A DNA stretch of 64,000 bases from an uncultured Gammaproteobacteria bacterium (lineage in GTDB: Bacteria > Pseudomonadota > Gammaproteobacteria > JAURND01), in the NCBI GenBank assembly GCA_963714975.1, contig CAVQQD010000002.1, positions 1,152,001 to 1,216,000 on the forward strand. The letters are read 5' to 3'. Numbering within the stretch: position 1 is the first letter of the stretch; each line of letters opens with the position of its first letter. The notes under the pieces are model-generated. The model searched no databases, was not told the DNA's origin, and worked only from the letters and a program-made list of their open reading frames with translations. The translations under genes were made by a program, and so were the position numbers. Positions 32,596 to 43,992 of the stretch are shown here, in pieces.

Positions 32596-34320
32596 CTAGC
32601 CGTTGTGATGTTCTTTTATTAATTCCAGCAAAAAACCCTTCTCCTCAGCTGTCAGTAGCTGGCTTTTTGCTTTTGCAATTAACTCTTGGATTTTTTGCTC
32701 TCGCGTCAAAATGACTAATTTCTTGAAAATAGCTGATAATTCTGCCTGAATCCCTGATGTTGGAACCAGCAATTCTATAAAACTTAGCTGAACTAAATAT
32801 TTATAGCTTTTGCTATCACGCCAATACTCTAACAACTGTGCCGTAATAAGATTGGGGTTTATACGGAGCAATTCAAGTAACTTGAGTAAAATATCAATCC
32901 CGGGTAAATTCACTTGGGCTAATTCTCCGGGCGGTTCGCTTTCTAGCACAAGTTGCGGATATTGCAAGATTAGGGCGATAGCCAATTGCATCGGGGATAG
33001 TATTTTCTTTGGCAATTTAGTCTTTGCTGGGTTTTGGGTTTTTGCTGCCTTGACCACATAGTGACTTAAGTCAGCCGCATGGACACCCACTACGGAAGCT
33101 AATTTTTCCAGCATTAATTGTTTAAACACTCCATTTCTAATTTTCTGGATTAACCCTAAGCCGAGCTTTGCTAGCTTTGCTTTCCCGTCCATAAATTGTG
33201 GATTTGCCAAGGAACAAAGTCGTTTGAAGAAAAAATCAGCCAGCGAAATTGCTTGTGACATACGCTCTCGAAAAAGCTTTTCGCCCTCTTTACGAATTAG
33301 ACTGTCTGGATCTTCAGCTTTAGGAAGAAACATAAAACGAACCTGCCAACCATCTTGTATTACCTCCAAGCTGACTTCTAGGGCCCGCCATGCAGCTTCT
33401 TGCCCTGCCCGATCCCCATCAAAGCAAAAAATCACTTCAGGGGTGTATCGAAATAGTTTTTGTAAATGCCTTTGGCTCGTTGCAGTTCCCAAGGTACCCA
33501 CCACATTGCTGATGCCAAATTGCCACAGAGCAATAACATCCATATAACCTTCGACTACTAACACCTGATCCAAATGAGCATTATTTTGTCGCGCTTCATA
33601 CAAACCATAGAGCTCATTGCCTTTATGGAACAATTCAGTTTCAGGAGAATTTAAATACTTCGGTAACTCTTCTCCCAACGATCTGCCTCCAAAAGCAATC
33701 ACCCGACCCCGGCTATCTTTAATCGGAATCATAATGCGATTGCGAAACCGATCATAAATCTTGCCCTGCTTCGACTTAAGAAACAGACCACTTTCAAGTA
33801 ATTGCGATTGCGATAAGGAATTGAGTTGCCGTCGAAGATTGTCCCAACCTGCTAGGGCAAAGCCTATCGCAAATTTTTGCATAATTTCAGGGCTGAGCCC
33901 CCGCGAATGCAAGTAAGATTGCGCTTGAGATGCACGCATCAGTTGAGATTGATAATAGCGAGCAGCTTGATCGAGCACCTTATATAAAGGAGCTTGGGAA
34001 ACTTGGGTAGGCTGCAATGCGGCTTGCGGCATGGGGAGCCCAAGAAAATTAGCTAGCTCCTCAACCGATTCAACAAATTCCAGCTTATTATAGGCCATTA
34101 AAAACCCGATGGCATTGCCATGGGCTCCGCAACCAAAGCAGTAATAAAATTGCTTTGGCTCACTGACAGTAAAGGAGGGAGTTTTTTCGTTGTGGAAGGG
34201 GCAGCAAGTTACAAAATTGCTCCCCATTTTTTTCAGACTGACACGCCGGTCAATGAGTTCGACAATATTAACCCGTTCCAACAGCTCATGAATAAAATCC
34301 TGAGGGATTGATGGGTTCAG
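32596..34320 (-). CDS. dnaG: DNA primase
   Basis: CPFHNEKTPSF zinc finger, KYLNSPET, VEGYMDV, FDGD.AG. The conserved N-terminus extends to a CTG at 34320. Confidence 0.97.
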   Translation of the reverse strand: MNPSIPQDFIHELLERVNIVELIDRRVSLKKMGSNFVTCCPFHNEKTPSFTVSEPKQFYYCFGCGAHGNAIGFLMAYNKLEFVESVEELANFLGLPMPQAALQPTQVSQAPLYKVLDQAARYYQSQLMRASQAQSYLHSRGLSPEIMQKFAIGFALAGWDNLRRQLNSLSQSQLLESGLFLKSKQGKIYDRFRNRIMIPIKDSRGRVIAFGGRSLGEELPKYLNSPETELFHKGNELYGLYEARQNNAHLDQVLVVEGYMDVIALWQFGISNVVGTLGTATSQRHLQKLFRYTPEVIFCFDGDRAGQEAAWRALEVSLEVIQDGWQVRFMFLPKAEDPDSLIRKEGEKLFRERMSQAISLADFFFKRLCSLANPQFMDGKAKLAKLGLGLIQKIRNGVFKQLMLEKLASVVGVHAADLSHYVVKAAKTQNPAKTKLPKKILSPMQLAIALILQYPQLVLESEPPGELAQVNLPGIDILLKLLELLRINPNLITAQLLEYWRDSKSYKYLVQLSFIELLVPTSGIQAELSAIFKKLVILTREQKIQELIAKAKSQLLTAEEKGFLLELIKEHHNG

Positions 34321-34335
34321 CGGGATTTCCTCGTC

Positions 34336-34782
34336 TTACTTACTTAAATACTCTTTCACCTTGGCGCTGACTAAACCTACATCAACACGTCCTTGAAGCT
34401 TGGGCTTTAATTCCGCCATGACCTTACCCATATCCTTGATCGATTGAGCCTGGGTGGAGGTAATAACTTGTTGAATTAATGCCCCCACTTCAGCCTCTGT
34501 GAAAGGAGTAGGAAGGTAACTGGTAATGACCGAGATTTCATAATTTTCTTGATCGGCCAAATCAGTACGCCCAGCACCGGCAAATAGAGCAGCGGCATCC
34601 TGACGCTGTTTGATCATCTTGTGGATTACCGCAAACACCTCAGGATCATCTAAAACAATGCGCTCATCAACTTCACGCTGTTTTATGGCAGCAAGTAAAA
34701 GACTAGTAGCGTCTTTACGCCTTTTATCATGAACCTTCATGGCTGCGATCATATCTTTGTGTATTTGTTCCTTTTTTAACAT
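34336..34782 (-). CDS. GatB/YqeY domain protein
   Basis: AIKQREVDERI.LDD, DMGKVM..LKPKLQGR; usual position between rpsU and dnaG. Confidence 0.93.
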   Translation of the reverse strand: MLKKEQIHKDMIAAMKVHDKRRKDATSLLLAAIKQREVDERIVLDDPEVFAVIHKMIKQRQDAAALFAGAGRTDLADQENYEISVITSYLPTPFTEAEVGALIQQVITSTQAQSIKDMGKVMAELKPKLQGRVDVGLVSAKVKEYLSK

Positions 34783-34784
34783 GA

Positions 34785-35063
34785 CTATTCTTGATCGTGA
34801 TATCGTCTTGATTTGGTGTCTTTGCCACCACGCTTGCGCTCTCTACTCCGGCTACTATAGGAGGCGCCCTCTTTTTCCTTAAACAGTTTTTTCTCCCAAC
34901 GCTTCACTGCAGCGGCATGTTTACGCTTTCGCTTGCTCGTTGGCTTTTCGTAAAATTCGATTTGTCTTAGTTTGGCAAGTATTCCTGCTTTCTCACAGGC
35001 ACGCTTAAAACGTCTTAATGCGACATCAAAAGGTTCGGTCTCCCTAATGTTCACTTGTGGCAT
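34785..35063 (-). CDS. rpsU: 30S ribosomal protein S21
   Basis: [25 protein letters not shown]. Confidence 0.97.
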   Translation of the reverse strand: MPQVNIRETEPFDVALRRFKRACEKAGILAKLRQIEFYEKPTSKRKRKHAAAVKRWEKKLFKEKEGASYSSRSRERKRGGKDTKSRRYHDQE

Positions 35064-35212
35064 TCGTCTTCTCACCTCTATCATTTATAGGTTGTAGGTT
35101 AATGGTTAAAAACTCAAACCGCGATGTTAAACAGGATCATCACAGAATGCAAGAGTCTTGCGAATGATGATAAAGCATCCTAAGATAACCGTTTTGAAAA
35201 AGGACATTAGCC

Positions 35213-37867
35213 ATGCCTTCGCGCAACACCTTAAAAACCAAACGATCGCTCGTATTAAACCACGAAACTTATTACTACTACCATTTACCAACCGCCTACC
35301 AAGTACTCGGTGACTGCTCCCGCTTACCCAATTCATTAAAAGTGCTGCTTGAAAACCTCCTGCGCCATGAAGATGGAGAAACAGTCACGATTGAAGATTT
35401 GCAAGCCATCGCCCGTTGGCTAACAGCGCGCAGTTCCCAGCGCGAAATTGCTTTTCGCCCGGCCAGGGTGTTAATGCAAGATTTTACCGGCGTCCCGGCG
35501 GTGGTTGACCTAGCAGCAATGCGTGATGCGATGGTAAAGCTGGGAGGAGATCCCGCAAAAATCAATCCCTCAACTCCTGTGGACTTAGTCATTGATCATT
35601 CAGTACAAGTCGATGAATTTGGATCTGCGCAAGCCTTTAAACACAATGTTCACCGAGAAATGGAACGTAATTATGAGCGCTACGCTTTTTTGCGCTGGGG
35701 ACAACAGGCCTTTGATAACTTCAAAGTAGTTCCCCCGGGCACGGGAATCTGTCATCAAGTCAATCTGGAATACCTAGCAAAAGCCGTTTGGAGTAGCGAA
35801 GTGGCGGGGGAACTACTAGCTTATCCAGATACCATCGTTGGCACCGATAGTCACACCACGATGATTAATGGCTTGGGAGTATTGGGCTGGGGTGTAGGAG
35901 GTATCGAAGCTGAGGCGGCTATGTTGGGCCAACCCATTTCTATGCTCATCCCAGAAGTGGTTGGCTTTAGACTTTCTGGCCAACTACGCGAAGGCGTTAC
36001 TGCCACTGATCTTGTTCTCACCATCACCCAAATGCTACGGAAACAAGGGGTGGTGGGTAAATTTGTCGAATTCTACGGGCCTGGCTTGGCCCAATTACCC
36101 GTGGCTGATCGCGCCACTGTGGCTAATATGGCGCCTGAATATGGGGCTACGTGTGGCTTTTTTCCCATCGACGAACAAACTATTAATTACTTACGCCTCA
36201 CCGGGCGTGATGAAGCGACGCTTACCTTAGTAGCAGCCTATGCGAAAGAACAAGGCCTGTGGCACAGCATTGAAAGCCCTGAGCCGGTATTCACTGTTAC
36301 CCTGAGTTTAAATTTAAGCGAAGTCGAACCAAGCTTAGCTGGACCTAAACGTCCCCAAGACAAAGTAGTTCTAGCGGATTCTAGCGGATAGTTTTGACCA
36401 ATCAGTACAAGAAGCAGGAAAACGCATTTCGAGTCCCAGCGGCAGTGTCGATGAACTCGACGATGGTGCCATCGTAATTGCCGCCATCACGAGCTGCACC
36501 AATACCTCAAACCCCAGTATATTAATGGCCGCTGGCCTACTCGCCAAAAAAGCACTGGAAAAAGGCCTGCAAAAAAAGTCCTGGGTTAAGTCATCACTAG
36601 CCCCAGGCTCTAAAGTAGTAACTGACTATCTCGAAAAAGCTGGACTCCAAACTTATTTAAATCAGTTAGGCTTTTATTTGGTAGGCTACGGCTGTACTAC
36701 CTGCATTGGTAATTCAGGTCCACTACCCGAATCAGTCCAACAAACTATCACTGATAAAAATCTTATCGTCTGCTCTGTTTTGTCAGGCAATCGCAATTTT
36801 GAAGGCCGGGTGCATCCCGCCACCAAAGCCAATTGGCTGGCTTCTCCTCCTTTGGTCGTTGCCTTGGCACTAGCGGGCACAATCCGCATTGATTTAAACA
36901 CCGAACCTTTAGGAAAGGATCAAGCAGGTAATCCGGTATTTTTAAAAGATATTTGGCCCAGCCAGATAAAGAAATCGAACAGGCCATGGTCCAAATTAGC
37001 CAAGCTATGTTTACCAAAGAATACGCCGATGTTTTTGCTGGAGATGCCGAATGGATGGCAAATTCCAGTTATCGAGGGTAATACCTATCAATGGCGAACC
37101 GATTCCACCTACGTAAAAAATCCGCCATTTTTTCAGGATATTGGTTTAAAACCCGCGCCGCGTTCAGATGTATTAGGAGCACGCGTTTTGGCTTTATTTG
37201 GCGATAGCATTACCACGGATCATATTTCCCCGGCGGGTAATATCAAAGCCGATAGTCCTGCCGGAATATATTTACGTGCCAAGGAGTAGCGCCGCAGGAT
37301 TTCAATTCCTATGGTGCTCGCCGCGGTAATCATGAGGTAATGATGCGCGGTACATTTGCTAATATCCGCATTCGCAATGAAATGACTCCCGGGGTTGAAG
37401 GCGGGGTGACGCAGATATTTCCCACTGGAGAAGTGCTCTCTATTTATGATGCCGCGATGCGTTATCACGCAGACAAAACCCCATTAATTGTTATTGCTGG
37501 GAAAGAATATGGCACAGGTTCCTCACGCGATTGGGCGGCCAAAGGACCTTGTCTATTAGGGATTAAGGTGGTGATTGCAGAAAGTTTTGAGCGCATTCAC
37601 CGCTCTAATTTGATTGGCATGGGGATCTTACCATTGCAATTTCCAGAAGGTATTAGCCGCAAAATCTTGTATCTAGATGGCAATGAACATTTTGACTTTC
37701 TAGGATTAAGCAATTTGGAACCAGGAACGAAAATCAAAGTGTTCATCACCAGGACTGACGGGCAAACCCAAGAGCTAACTCTACTCTGCCGAATCGATAC
37801 CCGCAACGAGTTAGAATACTATAAACACGGCGGCATTCTCGCCTATGTACTGAGGAACTTGCTGTGA
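35213..37867 (+). CDS. acnA: Aconitate hydratase A (several apparent frameshifts)
   Basis: [48 protein letters not shown] across three ORFs. Confidence 0.95.
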
Positions 37868-38400
37868 ATGATCTCCAAAAACCACTGCTTGGTGTTGTCA
37901 TGGGATCCAAATCCGATTGGGAAACCCTGCAACATAGTACACTTACCTTAGAGCAATTACATATTCCTCATGAAGTGAAAATTGTTTCAGCTCATCGCAC
38001 GCCCGATTTATTATTTCACTATGCTGAAACGGCAGAAAATAGGGGGCTACATGCCATCATTGCTGGAGCTGGAGGTGCAGCACATTTACCTGGAATGTTG
38101 GCAGCAAAAACCGCTTTGCCGATTTTAGGGGTGCCAATTTCCGCAACGTCTCTGCAAGGTTTAGATGCGCTACTCTCAATCGTGCAAATGCCTGGGGGAA
38201 TTCCGGTTGCCACTTTTGCTATTGGTAAAGCAGGCGCGATTAATGCGGCTTTATTTGCTGCAGCATTACTAGCACGGGAATTCCCAGAGATTCATGCCGC
38301 TTTAGCACACTATCGCGAGCAACAAACTCAGCAGGTTTTAAATCAATCCGGCATGTTCCCCCTACCCCCCTCTGAAAAAGGGGAAACAGGGGGGATTTGA
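37864..38400 (+). CDS. purE: N5-CAIR mutase
   Basis: [37 protein letters not shown]. Confidence 0.97.
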   Translation: MNDLQKPLLGVVMGSKSDWETLQHSTLTLEQLHIPHEVKIVSAHRTPDLLFHYAETAENRGLHAIIAGAGGAAHLPGMLAAKTALPILGVPISATSLQGLDALLSIVQMPGGIPVATFAIGKAGAINAALFAAALLAREFPEIHAALAHYREQQTQQVLNQSGMFPLPPSEKGETGGI

Positions 38401-38428
38401 AAAGTAAGAGAAGAAGAAGGACAGTTAT

Positions 38429-39517
38429 ATGAAAGTGGGTGTCATTGGTGGTGGACAATTAGCACAGATGCTCGCCCTCGCAGGCTATCCATTAGGTATT
38501 AAAGTAATTTGCGTGGAAGCAACACAGGATTGTCCAGCAGCCCTAGTGACGGATGTGATTGTTGGCGCTTATGAAAACACGGAAAAGTTAGCTGAATTAG
38601 TGCAGCAAGTCGATGTGCTCACTTATGAATTTGAAAATATTTCACTCGCAAGTATAAGCACCCTGCAGAATATTAATTTATATCCGCCTTTAAATGCCTT
38701 AAGCATCGCCAAAGATCGTTTACTGGAAAAGCGCTTCTTTCAGCAAACTTCAGTACCAACGACGCATTACTTAGCAGTGAATTCACGCAACGAACTTCAG
38801 CAGGCTGCCGCAGAAATTGGGTTACCTGCAGTATTGAAAACCCGTTCTTTTGGCTATGATGGCAAAGGACAATATGTCATTCAAACTGCAGCAGAAATTG
38901 CAACGGCTTGGGAAAAATTGCAAGGCACCGCACTTATTTTGGAAAATTGGGTAAAGTTTGACTGTGAAGTTTCCTGCATTGCAGCACGCTCTCTGAGTGG
39001 AGAAATTTTGTTTTATCCATTGGTAAAAAATCAACATAAAGACGGCATTTTACGCATCTCGGAAGTCACTGCCTTCAATCCGCAGGTTACTAATTTAGCT
39101 CAGTCCTACGTGCGGCGTATGTTAAATGAATTAAACTACGTCGGAATTTTAGCCGTAGAATTTTTTCTCGAAGGGGAGCAATTATTTGCTAATGAAATGG
39201 CGCCTAGAGTGCATAATTCGGGACATTGGACTATTGAAGGTGCGCAAATCAGCCAATTTGAAAATCATTTACGCGCAGTTTGTGGCTTGCCACTTGGCTC
39301 AACAGCCACCCGAGGTAAAGTTGCGATGTTTAATCTGATCAGTTCCGTTCCACCTCTTGACGAAATTTTAAAAATTTCTGGCGCCCATTGCCATTTATAT
39401 GGAAAGACAGCCCGGCCAGGACGCAAATTAGGCCATGTGACGTTGTGTACCGAGGATGAGCAAATTTATCATGAAGAGCTAACAGCACTAGATACATGCC
39501 TAGAGAACTATTCCTAA
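38429..39517 (+). CDS. purK: N5-CAIR synthase
   Basis: GGGQLAQM, TYEFEN, GYDGKGQ, NEMAPRVHNSGHWT. Confidence 0.97.
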   Translation: MKVGVIGGGQLAQMLALAGYPLGIKVICVEATQDCPAALVTDVIVGAYENTEKLAELVQQVDVLTYEFENISLASISTLQNINLYPPLNALSIAKDRLLEKRFFQQTSVPTTHYLAVNSRNELQQAAAEIGLPAVLKTRSFGYDGKGQYVIQTAAEIATAWEKLQGTALILENWVKFDCEVSCIAARSLSGEILFYPLVKNQHKDGILRISEVTAFNPQVTNLAQSYVRRMLNELNYVGILAVEFFLEGEQLFANEMAPRVHNSGHWTIEGAQISQFENHLRAVCGLPLGSTATRGKVAMFNLISSVPPLDEILKISGAHCHLYGKTARPGRKLGHVTLCTEDEQIYHEELTALDTCLENYS

Positions 39518-40611
39518 AGTTTTCCCAATTATTACTCAAATGGTACGACCGAAACGGCCGTAAAACCTTACCCTGGCGTGAGGATATCAGTCCTTATCGA
39601 GTATGGGTGTCAGAGATCATGCTGCAGCAAACTCAAGTAAAAACGGTAATTCCTTATTTTTTACATTTTATCCAACACTTCCCTAGTGTAGATGATCTTG
39701 CTAACGCGCACGAAGATGAAGTATTGCACTTCTGGACTGGGCTGGGTTATTACAGTCGTGCGCGAAATTTACACCAAGCAGCTAAGATTATCCAAGCCAA
39801 ATACCAAAGCTTAATTCCCAATCAGCTGGAAACGTTAATGAGTTTACCCGGGATAGGCCGCTCAACAGCCGGAGCAATTTTATCTATTGCCTTTAATCAA
39901 GCCACTCCCATTCTCGACGGAAATGTTAAACGAATTTTAACTCGTTTCCATGCGATTGAAGGCTCTCCAGAACTATCTGTAGTAAATCAGCAATTATGGC
40001 ATTGGGCGCAAGTGTATACTCCAATGAAACGTGCGACTGATTATACTCAAGCCATCATGGATCTGGGCGCTTTAATCTGCACCCGCAGCAATCCGCTGTG
40101 CTCAGCTTGTCCCCTGCAAGATCATTGCCAAGCCCACCAACAACAGCGGGAAACTGCCTTTCCTAGTCCTAAAAAACGCAAAGAAATTCCGCTGCGCCAT
40201 GTACACATGCTCATTTTTCACGATCCGATTTCTAATCGTGTATTACTTGAAAAACGCCCGCCAGTTGGCGTTTGGGGAGGATTATGGAGTTTTCCAGAAT
40301 GCTTAGACCCTCAAATTTTGCTTCAATGGAGCGAACAGCGCTATGGGCTACAAATCAGTCAAATCCAACAGCTGCCAATAATTATGCATAAATTTAGTCA
40401 TTTTCAGTTGAATATCACTCCTCTTTATATTAAAGTACTCTCTAAATTAAGTGGCATACGGGATTCTGAACGCCAAACCTGGTATCACTTAGAAAAATCC
40501 TCGCCACGCGGCTTGCCTGCACCCGTAAAGCGCTTGTTGGCCGAGTTGACAGAAATTCTCCCGAAAAAGGGAGTGCTGGCAGAAATCCCTCCTTTGAAAA
40601 AGGGGGGTTAG
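39496..40611 (+). CDS. mutY: A/G-specific adenine glycosylase
   Basis: [33 protein letters not shown]-x6-C-x2-C-x5-C. Confidence 0.97.
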   Translation: MPRELFLKFSQLLLKWYDRNGRKTLPWREDISPYRVWVSEIMLQQTQVKTVIPYFLHFIQHFPSVDDLANAHEDEVLHFWTGLGYYSRARNLHQAAKIIQAKYQSLIPNQLETLMSLPGIGRSTAGAILSIAFNQATPILDGNVKRILTRFHAIEGSPELSVVNQQLWHWAQVYTPMKRATDYTQAIMDLGALICTRSNPLCSACPLQDHCQAHQQQRETAFPSPKKRKEIPLRHVHMLIFHDPISNRVLLEKRPPVGVWGGLWSFPECLDPQILLQWSEQRYGLQISQIQQLPIIMHKFSHFQLNITPLYIKVLSKLSGIRDSERQTWYHLEKSSPRGLPAPVKRLLAELTEILPKKGVLAEIPPLKKGG

Positions 40612-40624
40612 GGGAAATTTAAAA

Positions 40625-40894
40625 ATGACACGACCCAAAGTTTATTGCACTAAACTCAAACAAGATTTAGAGGGACTGGCAGCACCACCCTTGCCTGGAG
40701 AACTTGGGGCGCGAATTTTTACAGAAATTTCCAAGCAAGCTTGGAACATGTGGCTTAGACACCAAACCATGCTCATCAATGAATATCGTCTCTCTTTAAT
40801 TGATCCCAAGGCACGAAAGTTTTTACTCGAAGAAGCAGAAAAATTTTTATTTGGAGGCGGCAGTGAAACACCTGCTGGTTTTGTAGAAACTTAA
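40625..40894 (+). CDS. yggX: Fe(II) trafficking/oxidative damage protection protein
   Basis: [23 protein letters not shown]; follows mutY. Confidence 0.95.
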   Translation: MTRPKVYCTKLKQDLEGLAAPPLPGELGARIFTEISKQAWNMWLRHQTMLINEYRLSLIDPKARKFLLEEAEKFLFGGGSETPAGFVET

Positions 40895-40908
40895 TTTTGG
40901 AGGCATTT

Positions 40909-41199
40909 ATGCAAAACCAAACACTGCGTGAAAGTATTGCAGATGGAGCAGGTAAAGGAACTGTTGCAGGTATGTGTATTTTTATTCTCTTGACATTAGG
41001 GGTTATCGTCGGTGACTCTCCTTTAGATCTCCAAACGGCCATTTTAATTACTGTTCCGCCTATCATCGGCGGTATGATTCTAGGAGCTATTGCGGGTTGG
41101 CATTGTCATTCCCACCGACATGATAGGCAAGCTGGGCTACCACAAAGACCAGTACCACCACGTCCAGGTGACGCGGCCCAACAGCCTTTACTGAGCTAA
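40909..41199 (+). CDS. Small two-TM membrane protein (paralogue A)
   Basis: GGAGG RBS; ESIADGAGKG and TVPPIIG.MILGA shared with the next gene. Confidence 0.75.
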   Translation: MQNQTLRESIADGAGKGTVAGMCIFILLTLGVIVGDSPLDLQTAILITVPPIIGGMILGAIAGWHCHSHRHDRQAGLPQRPVPPRPGDAAQQPLLS

Positions 41200-41275
41200 T
41201 GAATACCCATAAACTAAAGAACCCGAATTATCGAGTTAGCCACCGAATATCTAGAAACTTAATTTTGAGGCATCC

Positions 41276-41644
41276 ATGAGTGAACTAACAAATGACGAAA
41301 AGTCTGAAATTTATGAAAGTATTGCAGAAGGAGCAGGTAAAGGCGGTGCTGCAGGAATTACATTGATTGTTTGGATATCGTTAATGGCGCTTAAGCTCCA
41401 TGATAATCTTGATGCCCGAACGGCCACTTTAGCTACTGTTCCACCTATTATTGGCCTTATGATTCTGGGTGCGCTTTGGTATTATTATTCTAAACACAAG
41501 GAATTTACAGCTATGAACGAAGCATATCAAGAATTCAATCCAGATAGCGACAAGGAAGAGGGGGCAGTAAATGGCAAAAAAAACCTCGATTCATCTCAGC
41601 TTGTTGCTCTTACAGGTTCTATAAACGGAGGAACATGGCTGTAA
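41276..41644 (+). CDS. Small two-TM membrane protein (paralogue B)
   Basis: ESIAEGAGKG, TVPPIIGLMILGA; upstream junction sequence is duplicated. Confidence 0.75.
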   Translation: MSELTNDEKSEIYESIAEGAGKGGAAGITLIVWISLMALKLHDNLDARTATLATVPPIIGLMILGALWYYYSKHKEFTAMNEAYQEFNPDSDKEEGAVNGKKNLDSSQLVALTGSINGGTWL

Positions 41645-41733
41645 AACCCCTTTTCCTCTGCTAAAATTTGTAGCAAAGACTATTAAATCCCTGATTCCGC
41701 TTGTGGGAGAAGGGAAGCCAAAAGGAGAATTTT

Positions 41734-42384
41734 ATGCCAAAAAAATCAGCGAAACCTGATATTGTCCAAGAAGCTTCAGAAGAATCCTTCCCAGCCAGTG
41801 ATGCCCCAGCCTGGGGAACCCGAGAATCCCCCCCTCCTACTGTCGACCACAATACCGCAGAAATTTTGCTGCACGAGCACCAGGTAATCCTTAAGATGAT
41901 CAAAGGCATAGATCAGCTAGTCGAAAATCTACAGCGCAACAAGCCTATCGGGAAAGAAAAAATATCTGATACCCAAGAATTTATTCATACCTTTGTAGAA
42001 GGTTATCATCATCGCAAAGAGCGTCGATCTTTACTTCATGCCATTAAAAGTGGACAACTCAAAGCCAAGGAATATCCTCACGATTTTTTTATCCAAGAAC
42101 ACAAGAAAGCTCGGCAATTAGAACAGAAACTCGAACAACTTTCGCAGGTCATGCCAAATGATTCTTCTTCACAAAATGATCAATTAATTAAAACCCTCTT
42201 GGAAATTAAAGGACTTTATTTTACCCACATTCAAAACGAAGAACAGCTGATTTTTCCTCTGATCAAATTATTAGATAAAAACCTGCAAGAATCTTTGTTT
42301 ACGCAAATTCAAAAAATCGAGCAGCAATTTGGCCCTGAGATTCAAAAACACATTCTTCAGATTACCGAAAATATTTCTAAATAA
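41734..42384 (+). CDS. Hemerythrin/HHE domain protein with N-terminal EASEESFPASD.PAW motif
   Basis: EH, HH.KE, EH and HI.NEE..IFP ligand motifs; AAGGAG RBS. Confidence 0.8.
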   Translation: MPKKSAKPDIVQEASEESFPASDAPAWGTRESPPPTVDHNTAEILLHEHQVILKMIKGIDQLVENLQRNKPIGKEKISDTQEFIHTFVEGYHHRKERRSLLHAIKSGQLKAKEYPHDFFIQEHKKARQLEQKLEQLSQVMPNDSSSQNDQLIKTLLEIKGLYFTHIQNEEQLIFPLIKLLDKNLQESLFTQIQKIEQQFGPEIQKHILQITENISK

Positions 42385-42565
42385 TCAATTTCGTATACCA
42401 ATAGTTAGAAGTTTAAAAGGTTCTATATAGAACCTTTTTCTTTGACATCACTTTAATGGTTTGTTAAGATGAGACAGTTTCTTCGAAGAAATGCTTTAAT
42501 AGATTTAAAAGCCATATTTCTGGCATTTAAATATGTTTATTAATTTTTTTTGAAGGAGAAACTCA

Positions 42566-43087
42566 ATGATAGCAATATTAAAAAGAGCAATAATTATCTT
42601 CTTATTCTTATCGCTACAATCTTTTGCTTCCGACATTACCGATAGTGACATTGCTTCAAGCATTCAAAAGCAAATTTCTTTCAATCCCGTCACTTCCTCC
42701 ACCCATGTTAAATTAATCAGTAATGCAGGCACTATTAGCTTCTCAGGTGTAGTTAAAACAGATCAACAAGCTAGTACTTTAATTGAAATTGCCCAGGCTA
42801 CTCCTGGAGTTGTTGATGTGAATATAGAAGATCTTAGGGTCAAAGAAAGTAAACAACCTTTAGCTGATACCTTGATTACTGCCAAAATAAAAGGATTATT
42901 TTTACGCGATAAATTATTTTCCGAAAAATCTATTGCTTCAGGTAGCTTAGTAGAAACTAAGAATGGAGTTGTTCATTTAGCAGGTGAAGCTAGTTCGGAA
43001 GATGCTATTAAAAATGCTATTGAATTGGCTCAATCTGTGAAAGGAGTCAAGAAAGTAGAATCTCATCTGGTGATAACTCAAAAGTAA
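42566..43087 (+). CDS. Dual BON-domain protein (OsmY-like)
   Basis: Signal peptide; D..ITAKIK, VETKNGVV.L.G, A.SVKGVKKV. Confidence 0.85.
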   Translation: MIAILKRAIIIFLFLSLQSFASDITDSDIASSIQKQISFNPVTSSTHVKLISNAGTISFSGVVKTDQQASTLIEIAQATPGVVDVNIEDLRVKESKQPLADTLITAKIKGLFLRDKLFSEKSIASGSLVETKNGVVHLAGEASSEDAIKNAIELAQSVKGVKKVESHLVITQK

Positions 43088-43124
43088 TTTCGAAAACTAT
43101 TCTAACCCTATAGGAGGAATTGAT

Positions 43125-43439
43125 ATGAGCAAATTAAATAATCAGTTACATTTGGAACAAGAAAAACCAATAAACTTTCAATCAAGAGACAACAAGTCTC
43201 TGGAATCATCTCAAAATGATCAAGATAATCCAGGCAATTTTATTGAAAGGGGAAAAGATATGATTAAAAACTTTAAAAATGAAGCTAAAGATAAGCTAGA
43301 GGAAGCAGTGGATCAAGTGAAGGATAAATCATCAGAGACTCAAGCTGCTTTAGGTAATTATATAAAGAAGCATCCTATTTTTTCTTTAGGTTGTGCTGCG
43401 TTGGCTGGTGTTGTACTTGCTGCTATATTGCGAAGATAA
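43125..43439 (+). CDS. DUF883/ElaB/YqjD-like protein
   Basis: YIKKHP..SLG.AALAGVVLA.ILRR C-terminal anchor. Confidence 0.8.
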   Translation: MSKLNNQLHLEQEKPINFQSRDNKSLESSQNDQDNPGNFIERGKDMIKNFKNEAKDKLEEAVDQVKDKSSETQAALGNYIKKHPIFSLGCAALAGVVLAAILRR

Positions 43440-43496
43440 ATCTAGCAGTATCTGGGAAGTTACGAATAGTTAAATTTCAAACATAATGGAGGTAAG

Positions 43497-43712
43497 ATGA
43501 TGAATAAAGACATTTTTGAAGGGCGCTGGAAAACACTTAAAGGTAAATTTAAACAACAATGGGGTCTTTTCACCGATGATGAAATTGACATGATGAAGGG
43601 AAAATCCGAGGAATTGGAGGGCAAATTGCAAGAAAAATATGGATATACTAAAGAAAAATCCAAACAAATGTTGAAAAATTTTTTGGAGCACAATACAGAT
43701 GACAGAAAATAA
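43497..43712 (+). CDS. CsbD/YjbJ family stress protein
   Basis: MNKDIFEGRWK.LKGK.KQQWG..TDD.......L.GKLQEKYG. Confidence 0.9.
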   Translation: MMNKDIFEGRWKTLKGKFKQQWGLFTDDEIDMMKGKSEELEGKLQEKYGYTKEKSKQMLKNFLEHNTDDRK

Positions 43713-43869
43713 TTACTAATCACTCGTCATCCCGGCATGGATGCCGGGATCAACCTCGAGGAAATGAATTTTTCGGAAAATGGTGAACTGGATCCCAAGA
43801 CCCTACAAGATGACCAGTACTTAAATGCGATCTGCGCATCGAATAGATATTTGAGAGCTTTCAAAACTA

Positions 43870-43898
43870 TTGACTCTGGACAAAGTAAACGGTTTAAT
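43870..43898 (+). promoter_or_regulatory. Sigma-70 promoter of tRNA-Phe
   Basis: TTGACT-N17-TTTAAT directly upstream of the tRNA. Confidence 0.55.
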
Positions 43899-43916
43899 CT
43901 GCTTTCTTCCCACTTC

Positions 43917-43992
<76 letters not shown>

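Noticed and set aside
30554-37867. Frameshifts in rpoD and acnA as pseudogenisation or programmed frameshifting
   Set aside because: rpoD is essential and otherwise intact, and similar single-base breaks occur across the window. They are most simply assembly indels, so every frameshift here needs read confirmation.
42442-42470. TTAA-N7-TTAA upstream of the BON gene as a PmrA box
   Set aside because: Better explained by the overlapping TTGACA-N17-TAAGAT sigma-70 promoter.
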